Origin: an uncultured bacterium
GTDB taxonomy: Bacteria > Poribacteria > WGA-4E > PCPOR2b
Direction of reading: 5' to 3'
Assembly: GCA_964577695.1 (NCBI GenBank)
Contig: CAZOAL010000003.1
Location: 163,486-227,485, forward strand
DNA: 64,000 bases
Part shown: one piece after another, positions 49,690 through 59,397 of the stretch
Layout: the number at the start of each line of letters is the position of its first letter
Position numbering within the stretch: position 1 is the first letter of the stretch
Translations under genes and position numbers: made by a program
Notes under the pieces: model-generated
The model's input: the letters and a program-made list of their open reading frames with translations, nothing else
Database searches by the model: none
Told to the model about the DNA's origin: nothing

Positions 49690-49850
49690 CGCATTCGCAT
49701 TGGGACGACAATGCGTGGCTAACGCCTAGAAGCCCCCGAATTTATTCGTGGGGAGTCGTCACCTGCCAACCAGGGTGGTACCGCGGCAGTATTTGACGCC
49801 TGTGACTTTCGTCCCTAATGGACAAAGTGACAGGCGTTTTTATTTGCACC
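49690..49850 (+). ncRNA. T-box riboswitch leader upstream of pheS
   Basis: T-box consensus ccagggtggtaccgcg at 49770-49786, followed by a terminator hairpin gacgcctgtgac...gtgacaggcg + TTTTT (49795-49846); promoter-like ttgact...tataat at 49668-49690. Confidence 0.6.
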
Positions 49851-49875
49851 TAACACCTACTTCCCGGAGGTAAAC

Positions 49876-50892
49876 ATGCAGGAACAATTAAAACAGATTG
49901 AGACCGAAGCCCTTACAGAACTCAAATCGGTGACGCATCGGCGTGAACTTGAATCGCTTCGGATTAAGTATTTCGGACGCAAAGGTGCCCTCACAGTGGT
50001 GATGAAAGGGATGGGGCAACTCTCCAAAGAAGACCGTCCGGTTGTCGGCAAGTTCGCCAATGAAGTGAGGGCCACCCTGACAGACGCTTTTGATCAAGCG
50101 GGTAAAATCCTCAATCAACGAGAGCGTGAGGGACGGCTTACCGCAGAGGCTGTGGATATTACCCTCCCGGGGCGGCGTCCGCGAATTGGGAAAAAGCACC
50201 CGATCACACAAACCTTTGACCGCATTCAGGAAATCTTCGGCAACATGGGCTTCCAGGTCGCTGAAGGTCCCGAGATTGAACATGAATATTACAACTTTGA
50301 TGCGCTGAACACGCCCGCAGACCACCCCGCTCGTGATGCACATGCGACTTTCTACATTGCGGATGGAATTGTGTTGCGGACACACACCTCTCCGGTTCAG
50401 ATTCGTGTCATGGAAAAACAGAAACCACCTGTGCGAATCATTGTGCCGGGGAGGGTGTACCGATGCGACTCCGATCCATCTCACACGCCGATGTTCCACC
50501 AGGTCGAAGGATTGCTCGTTGATCATCACGTCACTTTCAGCGAGTTGAAAGGCGTACTCTACTCCTTTGTGAAACAGATGTTCGGGGAGAGGACCCGCCT
50601 GCGATTCCGGCCTCACTTCTTCCCCTTCACGGAGCCGAGCGCGGAGGTTGATATTTCTTGCACGGTTTGCGGTGGCAAAGGGTGTCGCCTCTGTTCAGAA
50701 ACAGGATGGCTCGAAATCCTGGGTGCTGGTTCCGTCGATCCGAATGTTTTCCGTTACGTCAACTACAATCCGGAACAAGTCACTGGTTTTGCATTTGGGA
50801 TGGGAGTGGATCGAATCGTGTCGCTACGATTCGGCATCCCCGATCTAAGAATCCTCTTTGAAAATGATATGCGATTCGCACGGCAGTTCTAA
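49876..50892 (+). CDS. pheS: phenylalanine--tRNA ligase alpha subunit
   Basis: class II aaRS motifs; FHQVEG; length 338 aa. Confidence 0.9.
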   Translation: MQEQLKQIETEALTELKSVTHRRELESLRIKYFGRKGALTVVMKGMGQLSKEDRPVVGKFANEVRATLTDAFDQAGKILNQREREGRLTAEAVDITLPGRRPRIGKKHPITQTFDRIQEIFGNMGFQVAEGPEIEHEYYNFDALNTPADHPARDAHATFYIADGIVLRTHTSPVQIRVMEKQKPPVRIIVPGRVYRCDSDPSHTPMFHQVEGLLVDHHVTFSELKGVLYSFVKQMFGERTRLRFRPHFFPFTEPSAEVDISCTVCGGKGCRLCSETGWLEILGAGSVDPNVFRYVNYNPEQVTGFAFGMGVDRIVSLRFGIPDLRILFENDMRFARQF

Positions 50893-50992
50893 TGTGTGAA
50901 ACGTGAAACGTGAAGAGGAACATGCAAACACCTAACACCTAACACCTAATACCTAACACCTTCCACGCATCACGTTTCACGACTTAAAAGGA
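50893..50992. repeat. heptamer hairpin element: (GTGAAAC)x3 ... (CACCTAA)x4 ... CGTTTCACG
   Basis: read directly. Confidence 0.85.
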
Positions 50993-50993
50993 G

Positions 50994-51875
50994 ATGACCG
51001 TTATGTTCACAGGAAAACTATCCCCGAAAAAACGCACAGCGGCTGTCACTTCTCGACGCCTTTCTCGCCGCTCATTTATCAAAGGCGCGGCAGGGGTCAC
51101 CGCCTCGGCGCTCATCGCTGATCGGTTTGTGCCTTCAAGCGAGGCTTTTAGGGAATATCTCCCCTATGACCCCGCACGAGACGCTCACTATGGATTCCGT
51201 TATGGATGGATCCAACACCATCGCCCTTCGCTGGATTCAACGGGCGAAAAATTCGTCTTTGTCCGACTCAAATATCCGGGAGGGGACTGGTACACGAACA
51301 TTATCGATTACTACCGTTGGCCCTCCGACCTCAAATTTACAGAAATTTTGGCGCAAGAAACATCGATTGACGTTGAGCGTCATGAAAACCCGCAGTATGT
51401 CTCGCTTGATGACCCAGAACTTTTCGCTTATCCTTTCCTGTTCATGACAGGACATATCGGTGTCAGTTTTTCGGATGATGATGTGCGAAAATTGCGCGAA
51501 TATCTGGAACGTGGTGGCTTCCTCCATGTGGAGGATTGCGATATTCGACTCGATTACGGTGGGCGTATGCGTCCTGCAATACACCGCCTCATGAAGCAGG
51601 TCTTTCCTGATAAGAAGTTTGAGCGACTCGACCTGAGTCACCAGATCTATCACACCCTCTACAACCACAATGAATATATGGGGGGCGACAAGCTGATTCC
51701 TCCTTACGATTTTGATGAGGCAATCCTGTTCGATGATCGAATCGCTGTCTACTTTTGCCCAAGCGATCTCAACTGCGCGTGGGAAGGGAGGCCGTGTGAA
51801 CCGGCAGGTGAGGAACAACGTCGATGGGCTTATGAGCAAGGGATGAATGTGGTAGCTTATGCGTTGAGCCGCTAA
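50994..51875 (+). CDS. Tat-signal protein, DUF4159-like
   Basis: twin-arginine motif SRRSFIKGAAGVTASAL; conserved FVRLKYPGGDW...FMTGH..SF.DDDVRKLREYLERGGFL block. Confidence 0.6.
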   Translation: MTVMFTGKLSPKKRTAAVTSRRLSRRSFIKGAAGVTASALIADRFVPSSEAFREYLPYDPARDAHYGFRYGWIQHHRPSLDSTGEKFVFVRLKYPGGDWYTNIIDYYRWPSDLKFTEILAQETSIDVERHENPQYVSLDDPELFAYPFLFMTGHIGVSFSDDDVRKLREYLERGGFLHVEDCDIRLDYGGRMRPAIHRLMKQVFPDKKFERLDLSHQIYHTLYNHNEYMGGDKLIPPYDFDEAILFDDRIAVYFCPSDLNCAWEGRPCEPAGEEQRRWAYEQGMNVVAYALSR

Positions 51876-51879
51876 CCAT

Positions 51880-51925
51880 GGAACTTGGAAGGAAGGAAGG
51901 AAGGAAGGGAAGGATGGAAGGCAGG
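51880..51925. repeat. (GGAAGGA)n tract
   Basis: ggaaggaaggaaggaaggaagggaaggatggaagg. Confidence 0.8.
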
Positions 51926-52065
51926 TTTCAAATTTCCTGAAAAATTACTTTACACTGAATCACAAAGATTGTAAAGAGGCTCATAAATATGCCGAAATTT
52001 CTAAACTTCCCGTAATTGGAACAACACGCTGACGGAGGCGTTTTCTGTCTCTGCAAACGTTTATC

Positions 52066-53103
52066 ATGAACGATACAATCACCGCCATCAAGGGAATCAA
52101 AGTTGGACATGCGACGAATCCAGTGGCACGCACCGGGTGTACGGTTATCCTCTGCGAGTCCGGGGCTGTCGCCGGAGTCGATGTCCGCGGCTCTGCGCCC
52201 GGCACACGAGAGACAGATGCCATCCGACCAGGAGGACTGGTTCAGTGTGCACATGCAGTTTTGCTCACGGGTGGAAGCGCGTTCGGATTGGACGCCGCCG
52301 GAGGGGTCATGCAGTACCTCGAAGAGCGAGGTATCGGATTTCCTGCTGGGCCAGTCCGTGTGCCGATTGTTCCGGCGGCGGTCATTTTCGATCTGGGAGT
52401 CGGCGATGCAAGGGTGCGCCCAGACTCGGAAATGGGCTATCGTGCCTGTGTAAGTGCGACAAACCAGCCGGTCAAGATGGGGCAGATTGGGGCTGGAGCT
52501 GGCGCAACCCTCGGAAAGGCGCTGGGGTGCATTCCATCAAACGGCGGCGTTGGATCGGCGTGTCGAAGGTTGAAGTCAGGGCTGATCGTCGGGGCGATTG
52601 TCGTCGTCAACGCGCTTGGGAACGTCGTCGATCCAATGACCGGAGCAATCGTGGCGGGTGCCCGGGATAAAGGGACGGGTGAGTTTGTGGATATTGTGGC
52701 GCGTTCATCCGATGCCACGCTGCCTTTCCCTCCCCCTCACCCCTTACCTCTCTCCCCAGCCCGCTTCGCTTCGAGAGGGGCAGGGAGTGAGGGGAGGGGA
52801 GGGGTCAGGAACGAGAGTGGAACGTTGGGAACGAACACAACCATCGGTATCGTCGCGACCAATGCCGAGCTCTCCCCTACAGCGGTGACGAAGGTGGCAC
52901 AGATGGCGCATGACGGCCTGGCGAGAGCGATTCGCCCAGCTCACACGATGTTCGATGGAGACACGATTTTCGCGCTCTCTCTGGGAACGGAAACGGCTTC
53001 GAGTCCCGATTCTATCGGGATCGCGGAAGTGAATACCATCGGAATCGTTGCGGCGGAGGTCATGGCGGAAGCAATCTTGCAGGCTGTGAAACGTGACGCG
53101 TAA
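52066..53103 (+). CDS. P1/S58 (DmpA-type) family aminopeptidase, carrying an in-frame insertion of a GC-rich palindromic element
   Basis: N-terminal GIKVGHATNPVARTGCTVIL pattern; low-complexity insert LPFPPPHPLPLSPARFASRGAGSEGRGG encoded by the 52733-52800 repeat. Confidence 0.7.
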   Translation: MNDTITAIKGIKVGHATNPVARTGCTVILCESGAVAGVDVRGSAPGTRETDAIRPGGLVQCAHAVLLTGGSAFGLDAAGGVMQYLEERGIGFPAGPVRVPIVPAAVIFDLGVGDARVRPDSEMGYRACVSATNQPVKMGQIGAGAGATLGKALGCIPSNGGVGSACRRLKSGLIVGAIVVVNALGNVVDPMTGAIVAGARDKGTGEFVDIVARSSDATLPFPPPHPLPLSPARFASRGAGSEGRGGVRNESGTLGTNTTIGIVATNAELSPTAVTKVAQMAHDGLARAIRPAHTMFDGDTIFALSLGTETASSPDSIGIAEVNTIGIVAAEVMAEAILQAVKRDA

Positions 53104-53104
53104 T

Positions 53105-53300
53105 ACCAATTCGCGTTTCAAAAAGTTTCCTACTTCGTTATACGAGTTTTTCGCTTAGACTTCCGAAGTTTGACACCCAACCTGCGCGGGACGGTTCCTT
53201 CAAGGTTTCGCATTGTACCGGCTCACCTCGTCTGTTAAAACTTCGGAAGTCTGGGTCTCACTTTTGCTGATAACCGAAAAAGTCGTATCGTTACACTCAG
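53105..53300. repeat. MITE-like element family A, copy 3
   Basis: gttatacgagtttttcgcttagacttccgaagttt ... aaacttcggaagtct ... rc matches the 9700-9900 copy. Confidence 0.8.
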
Positions 53301-53439
53301 TGCAAGCTCTGAACCCTTCGACAAGTTCAGGGCAGGCCGTAGTGAAAGGACACGTTCTGACAGATCGCGCGACAGCGCTACAGATTGTGCTCGTAACGCG
53401 AATGGTTCATTTCGTAAATATCTCCCTTACGGTTTCTCG

Positions 53440-53520
53440 GAATTGGTGAGTGGTGAATGGTGAATGGTGAGTGGCATCGGTCACAACTCACCGCTCACCC
53501 ACTCACCATTCATTGAGCTG
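53440..53520. repeat. inverted repeat of GTGAGTG/GTGAATG heptamers (ggtgagtggtgaatggtgaatggtgagtgg ... ctcaccgctcacccactcaccattca)
   Basis: read directly. Confidence 0.8.
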
Positions 53521-54573
53521 TTACTTCTTCTGCTCCGGAAACGGCGCGCGAATATCGTAACGTCCCGCCTTCAGCACGGGGAGGGTGCCATCTGCCACCA
53601 TCAAATCCAGCGGGGATTCTCTGGTTTTGAGCGGCATCGTGACCACATTTTTGATGCGCAACGACTCGTAGATTGCCATCATGATCTCCATGGTATATCG
53701 CGCCTGCCGCCCGCTACTTCGGTGCTCAGGAATCTTCCCCTCCATCCAATCAATCAATTCTTGAAATTGATCCCTTTCCTCCGGGCGGGGCTTGATCTCC
53801 TGCCAGCCGCTCACTTTGTCATTTTGAAGCAGCACGAGGCCCCCTTCTCCGGTTTTGATTTGGCCCTCCGTCCCGTAGATGCGCGGCATCGGGACTTTCG
53901 GTTCGGGCAGGTCGCCTTCATAGATTCCGCGCGCGCCGCCTTCAAAGCAGACCAGTCCCATGCACAAATCCTCACAGGGGCTGCGACGTTCCCACCGGTC
54001 GGTGGTGCGAGACGTTTGCCCAATTACCCACAGCGTTTCGGGGTCCGATAAAATGTACCGCCAGCCATCGATGGCGTGTGTGCCTGTGTTGAGCAATCCA
54101 GCGTTGGGCTTGGCTCGGTGATGGACCAACGTCGGTTGTCCGATTGCGCCGTCAGCGACCAGCCTGTGAATCTCCGTGCTTGTGGCACTGAACCGCCCAT
54201 TATGTCCGATGACCAGCTTGGCACCATTCTTTTCGCACACATCGATCATGTCATCCGCTTGACCCAAAGACGCCGCCATCGGCTTTTCGCCGAGGATGCC
54301 TTTGACCCCCGCGTTTGCAGCAGCGACAGTGATCTCCGCGCGGACGCCTTGCCATGTTGTGATGCTAACAATGTCGAGCTCCTCTTTTGCTAACATCTGA
54401 TTATAGTCGGTGTACACGGCAGGAATGGAAAATTCTCCGGCGAGTCTTTTCGCTGATTCCTCACCGATATCCATTGCCGCGACCAGTTCCGTTGCCGGAT
54501 TTCGGGCATAAGCCCTCGAATGGGAGTGTCCCATCCCGCCACAGCCAATAATGCCAACTCGATATGTAGCCAT
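53521..54573 (-). CDS. Gfo/Idh/MocA family oxidoreductase
   Basis: MATYRVGIIGCGGMGHSHSRAY Rossmann N-terminus; start trimmed to that Met. Confidence 0.8.
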   Translation of the reverse strand: MATYRVGIIGCGGMGHSHSRAYARNPATELVAAMDIGEESAKRLAGEFSIPAVYTDYNQMLAKEELDIVSITTWQGVRAEITVAAANAGVKGILGEKPMAASLGQADDMIDVCEKNGAKLVIGHNGRFSATSTEIHRLVADGAIGQPTLVHHRAKPNAGLLNTGTHAIDGWRYILSDPETLWVIGQTSRTTDRWERRSPCEDLCMGLVCFEGGARGIYEGDLPEPKVPMPRIYGTEGQIKTGEGGLVLLQNDKVSGWQEIKPRPEERDQFQELIDWMEGKIPEHRSSGRQARYTMEIMMAIYESLRIKNVVTMPLKTRESPLDLMVADGTLPVLKAGRYDIRAPFPEQKK

Positions 54574-54639
54574 CAGTTTGCCTCCTCTTTTTAGCGATTT
54601 TTTTCGCAGATATACCATTTTTACCTGGTTCTAAAGCAT

Positions 54640-54790
54640 TAAATTCGTAGTCGTTCCAAACAGCGACTGAAGTCGCCACTACGGGGAATGCTTTATTTTT
54701 AGAGCAAAATGTGACAATCTGTAGTTTAGCCCCCCCGATCCCTCGGGGGGGCTAAACTACGATAGGTCGCATCTGCTAAAAGTTTAATTT
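54640..54790. repeat. palindromic repeat family C, copy 2 (gcgactgaagtcgccactacg; gggggctaaactacgat palindrome)
   Basis: reverse complement of 11110-11135. Confidence 0.65.
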
Positions 54791-54980
54791 ATAACCGTGT
54801 ACAGTGTAACTCGTGAAGAAGAAAAGACGTTGGAACAAATGTACCACTATGTGAAAAAACCCAGACTCAGACAACGGGCTCTCATGGTCTTGCTTTCTAC
54901 AAAAGGATATTGTCAAAAAGAGATTGCCCCCATTGTCCGGGTCAGAAAGCCCCTTCCGTCTCCGTGCGGCAGGGGCTTTT

Positions 54981-56003
54981 TTATGTCCCTGACGGGATTT
55001 GAAACGTCTCCACACAGGCTTTGATATAAGATTTGATGGCTTTGCCATAATCCGCATCCCGGATGGCGAAGTCGATGAAGGCGCGATAATAGTCCTCATG
55101 GTTGCCAAGGTCATACCGCGTTTCAGATGCCGCCAGTTGCACCGCGCGAACCGGATATCCCTGGTGGATGAGATGTTGAATCGCAGGGGTGACAGGAATT
55201 TCTCCATCCGGCGTCAGAGGAACTTTCCGGATGGCTTCAAAGATTTCGGGACCGAAGATGTAACGCGCATTTACAGCCAGCGAGCTGGGAGCGTCTGCGG
55301 CGGAAGGCTTCTCAACGATGTCGGAAATTTCCACATCACTGCCCTCTCCATCCTTGCCCCCCCCCCTCACCCCCTGCCCCTCTCCCCAGCCCGCTTCGCT
55401 TCGAGAGGGGTGAGGGGGTGCCGGTCCCGATCTTGGATCGGGACTCCCGGAACGGGGCTTGACAACACCGTAGCGGTGAATCTGTTCGCGGGCAACCTTT
55501 CTCACGCCGACCGTACATACGGACTGACGGGTGATATGGGAGTTGACCATACGAATTATATAATTGGGGTCGAGTTCTGAATAGATAATCGTATCACCGT
55601 AGGCGACGATAAACGGTTCAGCCCCCACGAACGTTTCGGCGGCAGCGATCGCGGCACCCGTACCTTGCGGTTTCAGGATGCCGGGCGGTCCCTGTTGACG
55701 GGTGTAAAAAAAGGAAATCCCTCTCGCTTGATAATCGAACGTTCCAAGCCGATCTAATTGTCCGACTTGAGTCAAGTAGGCGATGAGCTCCGTCTGATTA
55801 TCAAACTGGTTCTCGATAATCGTCTTGCTGCGAGAGGTGATGAAGAGAATATCGCGAACGCCAGCAGAGATCATCTCTTCCACAACGTACTGAATGGTGG
55901 GATAACGACCCACCGGAAGCATCTCCTTCGGGAGTGCGCGTGTGGTTGGTAAGAGTCTCGTCCCGAAACCGGAGACAGGGATGACAGCCTTACGTATCGT
56001 CAT
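54981..56003 (-). CDS. galU: UTP--glucose-1-phosphate uridylyltransferase-like sugar nucleotidyltransferase, with an in-frame palindromic-element insertion
   Basis: KAVIPVSGFGTRLLPTTRALPKEMLPV N-terminus; about 45 residues longer than typical GalU, with insert ...PAPPHPSRSEAGWGEGQGVRGGG... encoded by 55350-55420. Confidence 0.65.
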   Translation of the reverse strand: MTIRKAVIPVSGFGTRLLPTTRALPKEMLPVGRYPTIQYVVEEMISAGVRDILFITSRSKTIIENQFDNQTELIAYLTQVGQLDRLGTFDYQARGISFFYTRQQGPPGILKPQGTGAAIAAAETFVGAEPFIVAYGDTIIYSELDPNYIIRMVNSHITRQSVCTVGVRKVAREQIHRYGVVKPRSGSPDPRSGPAPPHPSRSEAGWGEGQGVRGGGKDGEGSDVEISDIVEKPSAADAPSSLAVNARYIFGPEIFEAIRKVPLTPDGEIPVTPAIQHLIHQGYPVRAVQLAASETRYDLGNHEDYYRAFIDFAIRDADYGKAIKSYIKACVETFQIPSGT

Positions 56004-56054
56004 GTATCCTCCTTGCGATGCAAAAACCCTAAATTCAAAAATGAACTACTACCT

Positions 56055-56423
56055 TCATTTGAGTCCGAGACTGCGTTTGAGACAAGTATCAACTTTTCCC
56101 ATGAGTGTATCTGACATCTTTCCAACTTTACGTGATACCAATGAGGCAGGCACTGTCATCACAAAGTCCAATCGCACAATAGAAGTGGCCCTTAGTCCAG
56201 TACCGCCGAAATCTGGATGACTCGCGTGGATTTCTAATTCATTCGCTGTCAGGTTTGTTAGATGTTGTGAGGTGATTGCAGCAAGCATCAGATCATCAGG
56301 GAACCTTCGCGACACTGTATGATCGGAGACAATCAATGCTGGTCGTAACTTTTGCTGCGTACCTGCGGCAGTTAGAAATGGGTAGTCAATCAGGACAACA
56401 TCACCCCGTTCGTAAATTGGCAT
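56055..56423 (-). CDS. MazF/PemK-family type II toxin endoribonuclease
   Basis: RGDVVLIDYPF...KLRPALIVS N-terminal pattern. Confidence 0.7.
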   Translation of the reverse strand: MPIYERGDVVLIDYPFLTAAGTQQKLRPALIVSDHTVSRRFPDDLMLAAITSQHLTNLTANELEIHASHPDFGGTGLRATSIVRLDFVMTVPASLVSRKVGKMSDTLMGKVDTCLKRSLGLK

Positions 56424-56664
56424 CGTAAATATCCTCCTCGGGGCTATCCCAGATCTTTGCGAGTGCCATTTGTTGCAATCTTAAATCGGATTCTGTCACA
56501 CTGGTTTGTTCTGTGAAAGTGTCGATGAGTTTGAGGACCAACACCCCTTCGTCAGCAGCAAGCAGTTTGAATTTCATGCCCTCTATAAGGTTGAGCTGGC
56601 GCAAAACTTCCTCTGGCAAGACCAGATGCCCACCAACCATTTGAGCGTATGGTGTTTCTGCCAT
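56401..56664 (-). CDS. AbrB/MazE-fold antitoxin
   Basis: MAETPYAQMVGGHLVLPEEVLRQL; 23-nt overlap with the toxin. Confidence 0.6.
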   Translation of the reverse strand: MAETPYAQMVGGHLVLPEEVLRQLNLIEGMKFKLLAADEGVLVLKLIDTFTEQTSVTESDLRLQQMALAKIWDSPEEDIYDANLRTG

Positions 56665-56799
56665 GTTCCAATCCTCCTTTTTAATTTGTTCTTGTGCTCT
56701 GCGTGGGCGCATTTCTAGCGCAAGTACCTGCGTGAATCCGCGTAAGCCAAATTTGGCGGTTACTTCATCTGTTAATGATGTACGCTTTCTCTGTCATTG

Positions 56800-58665
56800 T
56801 TACAGAAAATACCGCTCCTTACGCTTCGCAATTTCGTATTTCTTGTAAGCCTCTTGCGCGGTGCCGACCTCAGAAACTTGAGCGACAGGCACATCCCACC
56901 ACGATTCATAGCCGGGGACTCGTTGATCGAAATCGACATCGATCTTGATGACTGTCGTGCGATCCGAACCCTTCGCGTCTCCGAGCGCCGCTTTCAGGCT
57001 CGTTACCGTCGTTGCTTCGATGACATGGGCCCCAAGGCTCGCGGCATTGGCAGCCAAGTCAACAGGTAATATTTCCCCATCCAGTTGTCCTGTTGCGGAA
57101 CTACGGTAGCGAAAGTGTGTCGCAAAGCCTTGAGCGCCAGTTGACTCAGAAAGCCCGCTAATGCTGCTGTGACCGTTGTTATTGACCAATACGATGATGA
57201 GCTTGTACCCCTCCTGGACGGAGGTCATGATCTCTTGGCCCATCATCAGGTAGGAACCATCGCCGACCATCACATACACCTCACGGCTTGGGTCAGCCAT
57301 CTTGATGCCCAATCCGCCTGCGACTTCGTAGCCCATACACGAATAACCGTACTCAAGATGGAACTGCTTGGGATTGCGGGACCGCCAGAGCTTATGCAGG
57401 TCGCCGGGCATGCTGCCTGCCGCGCACACCATGACATCCTGCGGGTCCGAAAACTCATTCACTACGCCGATGACCTCGCTTTGACTCGGCAGAGGGCCGT
57501 GACCGAGATGGTAAAGCCGATTCACTTCAGCCTCCCACCCGTCACGAAATGTGTCAATCTGTGCGCTGTAGTCCGAATCGACATGATAGCCACTCACGGC
57601 TTCTCCCAACTCCTCAAGCGTGACGCGGGCATCCGCAACGAGTGGCAATGCGGCGTGCTTGGCGGCGTCAAACTCGGCGACGTTAATGTTGATGAAACGC
57701 ACATCCGGATTCTGGAACGCTGTTTTGGAAGCCGTTGTGAAGTCGCTCAACCGTGTTCCGATAGCGATGACGAGGTCGGCTTCACGGGCGATGATGTTGG
57801 CACCAAACGTGCCGGTGACACCCATCGCGCCTAAGCACCGGGGGTGGTCGTAACGAAGCGAGCCCTTGCCTGCAAACGTTTCGGCGACCGGAATGCCGGT
57901 CTGTTCGGCGAAACGCGCTAGGTGATCGGTCGCTTCGCTGTAGATGACGCCGCCCCCCGCGATAATCAGTGGTTTCTTGCTCCCGCGTATCCATTCCGCC
58001 GCGCGTGTGAGCAGATTCACATCCGCCCGTGGACGCGGAATCGTATAGACGCGCTTCTCGAACAGCGCGGCCGGGTAATCGAACGCTTCAGCTTGCACAT
58101 CCTGCGGCAATGCCAACGTGACGGTGCCGGTTTCGGCCTGCGAGGTCAGCACTCGCATTGCCTCCGGTAGTGAGGTGATGATCTGTTCAGGTCGGTTGAT
58201 GCGGTCCCAGTAGCGTGAAACTGGCTTGAAGCAATCGTTCACCGAGATGTCCTGTGAGCCCGGCGATTCCAGTTGTTGCAGGACCGGCGCGACGAGGCGA
58301 GTTGAGAAAATATCCCCCGGCAGTAAGAGCACCGGTATCCGGTTAATCGTCGCCCCGGCAGCGCCGGTGATCATGTTCGTTGCCCCCGGCCCAATCGATG
58401 TCGTGCATGCGAATGTGCGCAGGCGGTTGTTCATCTTGGCAAACGCGGCGGCGGTATGCACCATCGCTTGCTCATTGCGCGTTTGATAGAAGCGAAACGA
58501 GTCAGAATATTGATGCAATGCCTGACCGATTCCAGCGACATTGCCGTGTCCAAAGATGCCAAACATGCCGGCGAAGAACTGATGTTCAACCCCATCGCGT
58601 GCTACATACTGGTTCTTGAGAAATTCGACAACGGCTTGACCCATTGTCAATCTTCGAGTTTTCAT
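56800..58665 (-). CDS. iolD: 3D-(3,5/4)-trihydroxycyclohexane-1,2-dione acylhydrolase (ThDP-dependent)
   Basis: collinear with Bacillus IolD from the N-terminus (LTMGQAVVEFLKNQYV...IFGHGNV.GIGQAL...NEQ.M.H.A). Confidence 0.75.
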   Translation of the reverse strand: MKTRRLTMGQAVVEFLKNQYVARDGVEHQFFAGMFGIFGHGNVAGIGQALHQYSDSFRFYQTRNEQAMVHTAAAFAKMNNRLRTFACTTSIGPGATNMITGAAGATINRIPVLLLPGDIFSTRLVAPVLQQLESPGSQDISVNDCFKPVSRYWDRINRPEQIITSLPEAMRVLTSQAETGTVTLALPQDVQAEAFDYPAALFEKRVYTIPRPRADVNLLTRAAEWIRGSKKPLIIAGGGVIYSEATDHLARFAEQTGIPVAETFAGKGSLRYDHPRCLGAMGVTGTFGANIIAREADLVIAIGTRLSDFTTASKTAFQNPDVRFININVAEFDAAKHAALPLVADARVTLEELGEAVSGYHVDSDYSAQIDTFRDGWEAEVNRLYHLGHGPLPSQSEVIGVVNEFSDPQDVMVCAAGSMPGDLHKLWRSRNPKQFHLEYGYSCMGYEVAGGLGIKMADPSREVYVMVGDGSYLMMGQEIMTSVQEGYKLIIVLVNNNGHSSISGLSESTGAQGFATHFRYRSSATGQLDGEILPVDLAANAASLGAHVIEATTVTSLKAALGDAKGSDRTTVIKIDVDFDQRVPGYESWWDVPVAQVSEVGTAQEAYKKYEIAKRKERYFL

Positions 58666-58679
58666 AGTTACCTCCTTAC

Positions 58680-58961
58680 TTATAGTGCTTCGTTTCCGTA
58701 TGAGTTTTCAAACGGTGCAGAGGCAGCGTGGATTCGCGCTTGCTCTACAGCGGTTCCCGATGCTTTCTGCGCGAGATACCCCTCTATCTCCCGTTCGATT
58801 TTTTCAATCAGGAATCGGGTGCTATCTACACACATCTCGCGAATGTCGGGGTGAATCTCAGTCTCATCAAGCGTTTTATATCTTTCCAAGACTCGCTGAA
58901 ACCTTTGAACCCAATCACGAGAGACTTGTAATTCAAAATCATCTTTAATCTTCGTTGCCAT
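58680..58961 (-). CDS. hypothetical protein, downstream partner of the nucleotidyltransferase gene
   Basis: MATKIKDDFEL...; overlaps the upstream gene by 17 nt. Confidence 0.4.
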   Translation of the reverse strand: MATKIKDDFELQVSRDWVQRFQRVLERYKTLDETEIHPDIREMCVDSTRFLIEKIEREIEGYLAQKASGTAVEQARIHAASAPFENSYGNEAL

Positions 58962-59385
58962 GACAAGATACCTCCACAATACCACGCGGGCGTTTCCGCT
59001 GAGTGTGGCATAAAAAAGTCATAAAATCTGTATACAATTCCAGTGGATACTCATACAACACCAAATAGCCCTGGTCCACATCATAGTGCATCCTAGCCTC
59101 GAAGGGGACGAAAAAGCGTTGGTCTTCGGGGTCAATTGCGGCAAGTCGGTGCCGTGGATCCACGACAATCGAGTAATCCAAATCTCCCGGTTCCGGTTTG
59201 GCGGAGACAAAGCTGCCCCACAGCAAAACCCGTTTAATCGTCGGATACTTTCTCGCGCTTTCGACGATGAGGCGTAGCAGATTGCCACCCCGTTCTCGTG
59301 TTGGCTTAACGGACTGTTTTCCCCATTTAGAGAATAGGAAAAAAACAACCCTAAACCTATAAGTATATCCCGCCACGCGGGACAA
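58945..59385 (-). CDS. minimal nucleotidyltransferase (MNT-like) domain protein
   Basis: VLLWGSFVSAKPEPGDLDYSIVV resembles the GS-X9-13-D-x-D motif. Confidence 0.5.
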   Translation of the reverse strand: MSRVAGYTYRFRVVFFLFSKWGKQSVKPTRERGGNLLRLIVESARKYPTIKRVLLWGSFVSAKPEPGDLDYSIVVDPRHRLAAIDPEDQRFFVPFEARMHYDVDQGYLVLYEYPLELYTDFMTFLCHTQRKRPRGIVEVSCHGNED

Positions 59386-59397
59386 CGTGACCTCTTA

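Noticed and set aside
53213-53449. 78-aa ORF in the spacer between the S58 peptidase and the oxidoreductase
   Set aside because: Lies across MITE A copy 3 and the heptamer inverted repeat. No RBS or coding periodicity.
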